Positions 61,415 through 64,000 of a stretch of 64,000 nt of DNA are shown in pieces. Each line of letters begins with the position of its first letter. Within the stretch, counting starts at the first letter, position 1. A program made the position numbers and the translations under genes. A model generated the notes under the pieces. That model saw only the letters and a program-made list of their open reading frames with translations. It was not told the DNA's origin and did not search any database. Source of the DNA: Spirochaetia bacterium (GTDB taxonomy: Bacteria > Spirochaetota > Spirochaetia > UBA9216). The stretch spans positions 192,001 through 256,000 of the forward strand of contig OY776510.1 of NCBI GenBank assembly GCA_963675665.1, written 5' to 3'.

Positions 61415-63994
61415 ATGGAAATCATACCAGGCTTAATCCTGCCCCTCTGGAGTATTATCACAATAATCGGGGCCGTAGCTGTCCTGATTATACTGATTAT
61501 TATCAGGCTTTTTCTTAACTACAGTTTTATGAAAAATTGTGACAAAATCTGTTCCGACAGTTCAGGCATTGCCGCTTTCAGGGAAAAGTACAGCGGAAAC
61601 AAACTGTTGAAGAAATCCCGGATGATTGAAAAAGCAGCAGAGAAAAACGGAACCGGGCTTATTTCCGACACAGGTCTGGCGGAGCAATGGGAAAAACAGT
61701 TTTTGGTTTATCGAAAGACCGGCTATCTTAAAAAATTTATTAAACATTTTCCGGAGAAAGGTCTTTTCTTCTGTATCCTGGGAGGAAAAACAAAACCGGC
61801 TTTTGAAAAACTGTTCAAAAAAACAATAACCCAAAACAGTGATCTCAATCTTATAAAGAAGATTGCTGTTGCAGGTGCCGGTACAAATTTTGACGGAGAA
61901 TACGCCCTTTCCCTTTTCGAAGACAAATTTCAGGAAATAATTGAAATGACCGGCGATTCCGAATGGGAGGTAAGATTTTTCGCGATCAAGCTTCTGCTCT
62001 ACAGCGATGAGAAAAGGGCTGTACGTTCCGTATGGGATGCCTTTCAGGACTCTTCGTTGAAGATTAGAACAGCAGCAGCAGCCGAGTTCACTCCCGAAGA
62101 CAACGAACGTCTTGCCGGAACTCTTAAATCAATGCTGCTTGATGATCCCTCCTATACCGTTCGGACAGCAGTGAGGAAACGTCTTGACAGGGATTTTCCT
62201 GAACTGTACAGAATTGAGACAGCTTCACTTGTAAAACCCCAGATTGTACATCTTCTTGGCCAGCTTCATGACGGTTCGGATGAAGATGAAAACACTGCAT
62301 TTGATTTCCTGCTCTCGGACGATCTGGAGATACGGCTTCAGGCAGCGCTTTATCTGCAAAGACAGCATAGTCTTGCGAAGAAGTTTAAAAACGCAGATAC
62401 AGGTGACATGGAAGAGTACCGAAGGATAGAAAACCTTCTTTCCAAAGCATGCCAGGTAAATTGTACAAATTTTCTAAAAGATCTTAAAGATTCCGACAAC
62501 CCGGCAACTGCACGTCTGGCCGCCGGGCTTTTAAAGAGGGACGGCAACCACCAGTATATTGACTGGCTTGCAGCAAAGGTTTTTTCACCCCAGTTCAGGG
62601 AAAAGACAAAAGAACATTTCACTGAAATATATATAGAAACGGTAGACTGCATTTCAATGCGCGGCAGCGATATTGCCCTCGGGATGCTTAACGAGCAGCT
62701 TGTAAAATTCCCGGGCGATGAACAGCTTACGGAAATAATTCTTCCAAGGCTTCCTTTGCGCGGCGAAAGTATTTTTATACCTACCCTGCTTAAACTGCTG
62801 AAAGAGGGTAATTTCAGGAATCCCGTCTTGCTCAGGGAAACAATTGAACGTTTTCCGCCTTCGATGTATATCGAAGAATTAATCGGCATCCTTCACAGCG
62901 ATCCGCAAACCGTTGACGCCTCAGTAAAAAAAGAAGCATTCATGATTCTGGGCGAGCTTAAGATGACGTGCTGTCTTCAGGTTATACTGGAACACATGAA
63001 ACTGCTGTCGCATTCCGAACAGAAGGAATTCGCGGTTATTCTTAACAGTTACGACTCAGCCGCTTTTACCGACAGGGTTGCCGGGCTGCTTCGTTCAACC
63101 GATTCTGAAACACGGTCGGCGCTGATCAGCGCTTTGCCGGCAACAGGACTGAAACAGTTTATTAACGACATCAGGGAAGCGGCCAAGGATCCGGATCCTG
63201 AAGTTCGGATATCCAGCATCTGGGCATTGGCGGGTTACGGTGAAACAAAATTGATCAGCCAGATGACTGATATGCTGCGTGACCCGGTTGAACGCGTCAG
63301 ACGGGAAAGCGCAGCTGTAATAGCTGAATATGGAACTCCGTCGGCGCTGGAAGTACTTAAAAAAGTTATTGCCGACGAAAACGAAGTATATCCTGTAAAA
63401 GCTGCTGCCGTTTACGGCTTCGGCGAATCCGGCAGGGATGAATCAATCCGAATACTCATCGACACACTCGAAGACGATGAACTCAGAGCTTCCGCAACAG
63501 CAGCGCTCGCAAAAAAGACCACCGCCGGAGGACTAAAACGGATGACGGAATTATTCAAGGACGCGTCTCCCCAGCTAAGGGAATATATTTCAGACGCTTT
63601 CAGGGAAATGGGAGAAGAATGCGAAGCCGCGGTTAAATCCGTTCTTCAGGAAGAAATATCTTCGCTTCGTGAAATCCTTGCCGAAATTCTTCTGAAAACA
63701 GGGTATATTGAAACAACTGTTGCAAAACTGAGACACCGCAATCCGGATGTCCGCAAGCAGGCTGCTGCCGTGCTGGCACTAATCCAGACAAGGGAAGCCT
63801 TCAAGGGCATAGTGCTGGCAGCCAGAGATCCGGATTCGGAGGTAAGGGTTGAGGTCCTTAAAGCTCTTGAAAAACTGAACACTCCCGACGGAGAACCCCT
63901 GCTTCAGGAACTGAAGGATGATCCGGACAGACGGGTTCGTAAATATACGCTCTGGGCGCTGGAAAGGCTTGAAGCAAAAAACACGGGTGATTAA
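61415..63994 (+). CDS. Membrane-anchored HEAT-repeat protein
   Basis: N-terminal TM; repeated D.D.EVR/DP..RVR...AL units. Confidence 0.85.
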   Translation: MEIIPGLILPLWSIITIIGAVAVLIILIIIRLFLNYSFMKNCDKICSDSSGIAAFREKYSGNKLLKKSRMIEKAAEKNGTGLISDTGLAEQWEKQFLVYRKTGYLKKFIKHFPEKGLFFCILGGKTKPAFEKLFKKTITQNSDLNLIKKIAVAGAGTNFDGEYALSLFEDKFQEIIEMTGDSEWEVRFFAIKLLLYSDEKRAVRSVWDAFQDSSLKIRTAAAAEFTPEDNERLAGTLKSMLLDDPSYTVRTAVRKRLDRDFPELYRIETASLVKPQIVHLLGQLHDGSDEDENTAFDFLLSDDLEIRLQAALYLQRQHSLAKKFKNADTGDMEEYRRIENLLSKACQVNCTNFLKDLKDSDNPATARLAAGLLKRDGNHQYIDWLAAKVFSPQFREKTKEHFTEIYIETVDCISMRGSDIALGMLNEQLVKFPGDEQLTEIILPRLPLRGESIFIPTLLKLLKEGNFRNPVLLRETIERFPPSMYIEELIGILHSDPQTVDASVKKEAFMILGELKMTCCLQVILEHMKLLSHSEQKEFAVILNSYDSAAFTDRVAGLLRSTDSETRSALISALPATGLKQFINDIREAAKDPDPEVRISSIWALAGYGETKLISQMTDMLRDPVERVRRESAAVIAEYGTPSALEVLKKVIADENEVYPVKAAAVYGFGESGRDESIRILIDTLEDDELRASATAALAKKTTAGGLKRMTELFKDASPQLREYISDAFREMGEECEAAVKSVLQEEISSLREILAEILLKTGYIETTVAKLRHRNPDVRKQAAAVLALIQTREAFKGIVLAARDPDSEVRVEVLKALEKLNTPDGEPLLQELKDDPDRRVRKYTLWALERLEAKNTGD

Positions 63995-64000
63995 ACCGGG

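Overview
64 kb of bacterial chromosome, most likely from a free-living anaerobic spirochaete (Spirochaetales). This is inferred from 'AxGAQE'-type secreted binding proteins, a solitary groEL, a short ThrRS and a giant Ig-repeat lipoprotein. Housekeeping content: thrS with a complete T-box leader, ltaE, groEL, birA-mnmA, argRCBDG plus a short argA, pgi, a BMP/nucleoside ABC transporter and several signalling genes. Two things stand out. (1) An IS110-family element (about 50916-52297) sits exactly in the Shine-Dalgarno sequence of pgi. Its left-end non-coding region folds like a bridge RNA, and its guide segments appear to spell out a generic translation-initiation site (AGGAG-A/T spacer-ATG). 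Its right end ends in TAGGAG and restores the RBS of the gene it lands on. (2) An 18 kb, 14-gene minus-strand catabolic island (20931-39125) is tied together by five copies of a palindromic operator, ATATACTAATATATTAGTATAT. It encodes a GntR regulator, a 2-methyleneglutarate-mutase-like B12 enzyme, an orphan hydantoinase-A-like ATPase, MoaD, aldehyde:ferredoxin oxidoreductase, IolB, an atypical GH3, a VOC protein, alanine dehydrogenase, a class III aminotransferase, two dehydrogenases and a sugar-type ABC transporter. Together these suggest an undescribed B12-radical pathway for an amino-sugar, aminocyclitol or amino-polyol. All family calls come from motif recognition by eye; no database searches were run.
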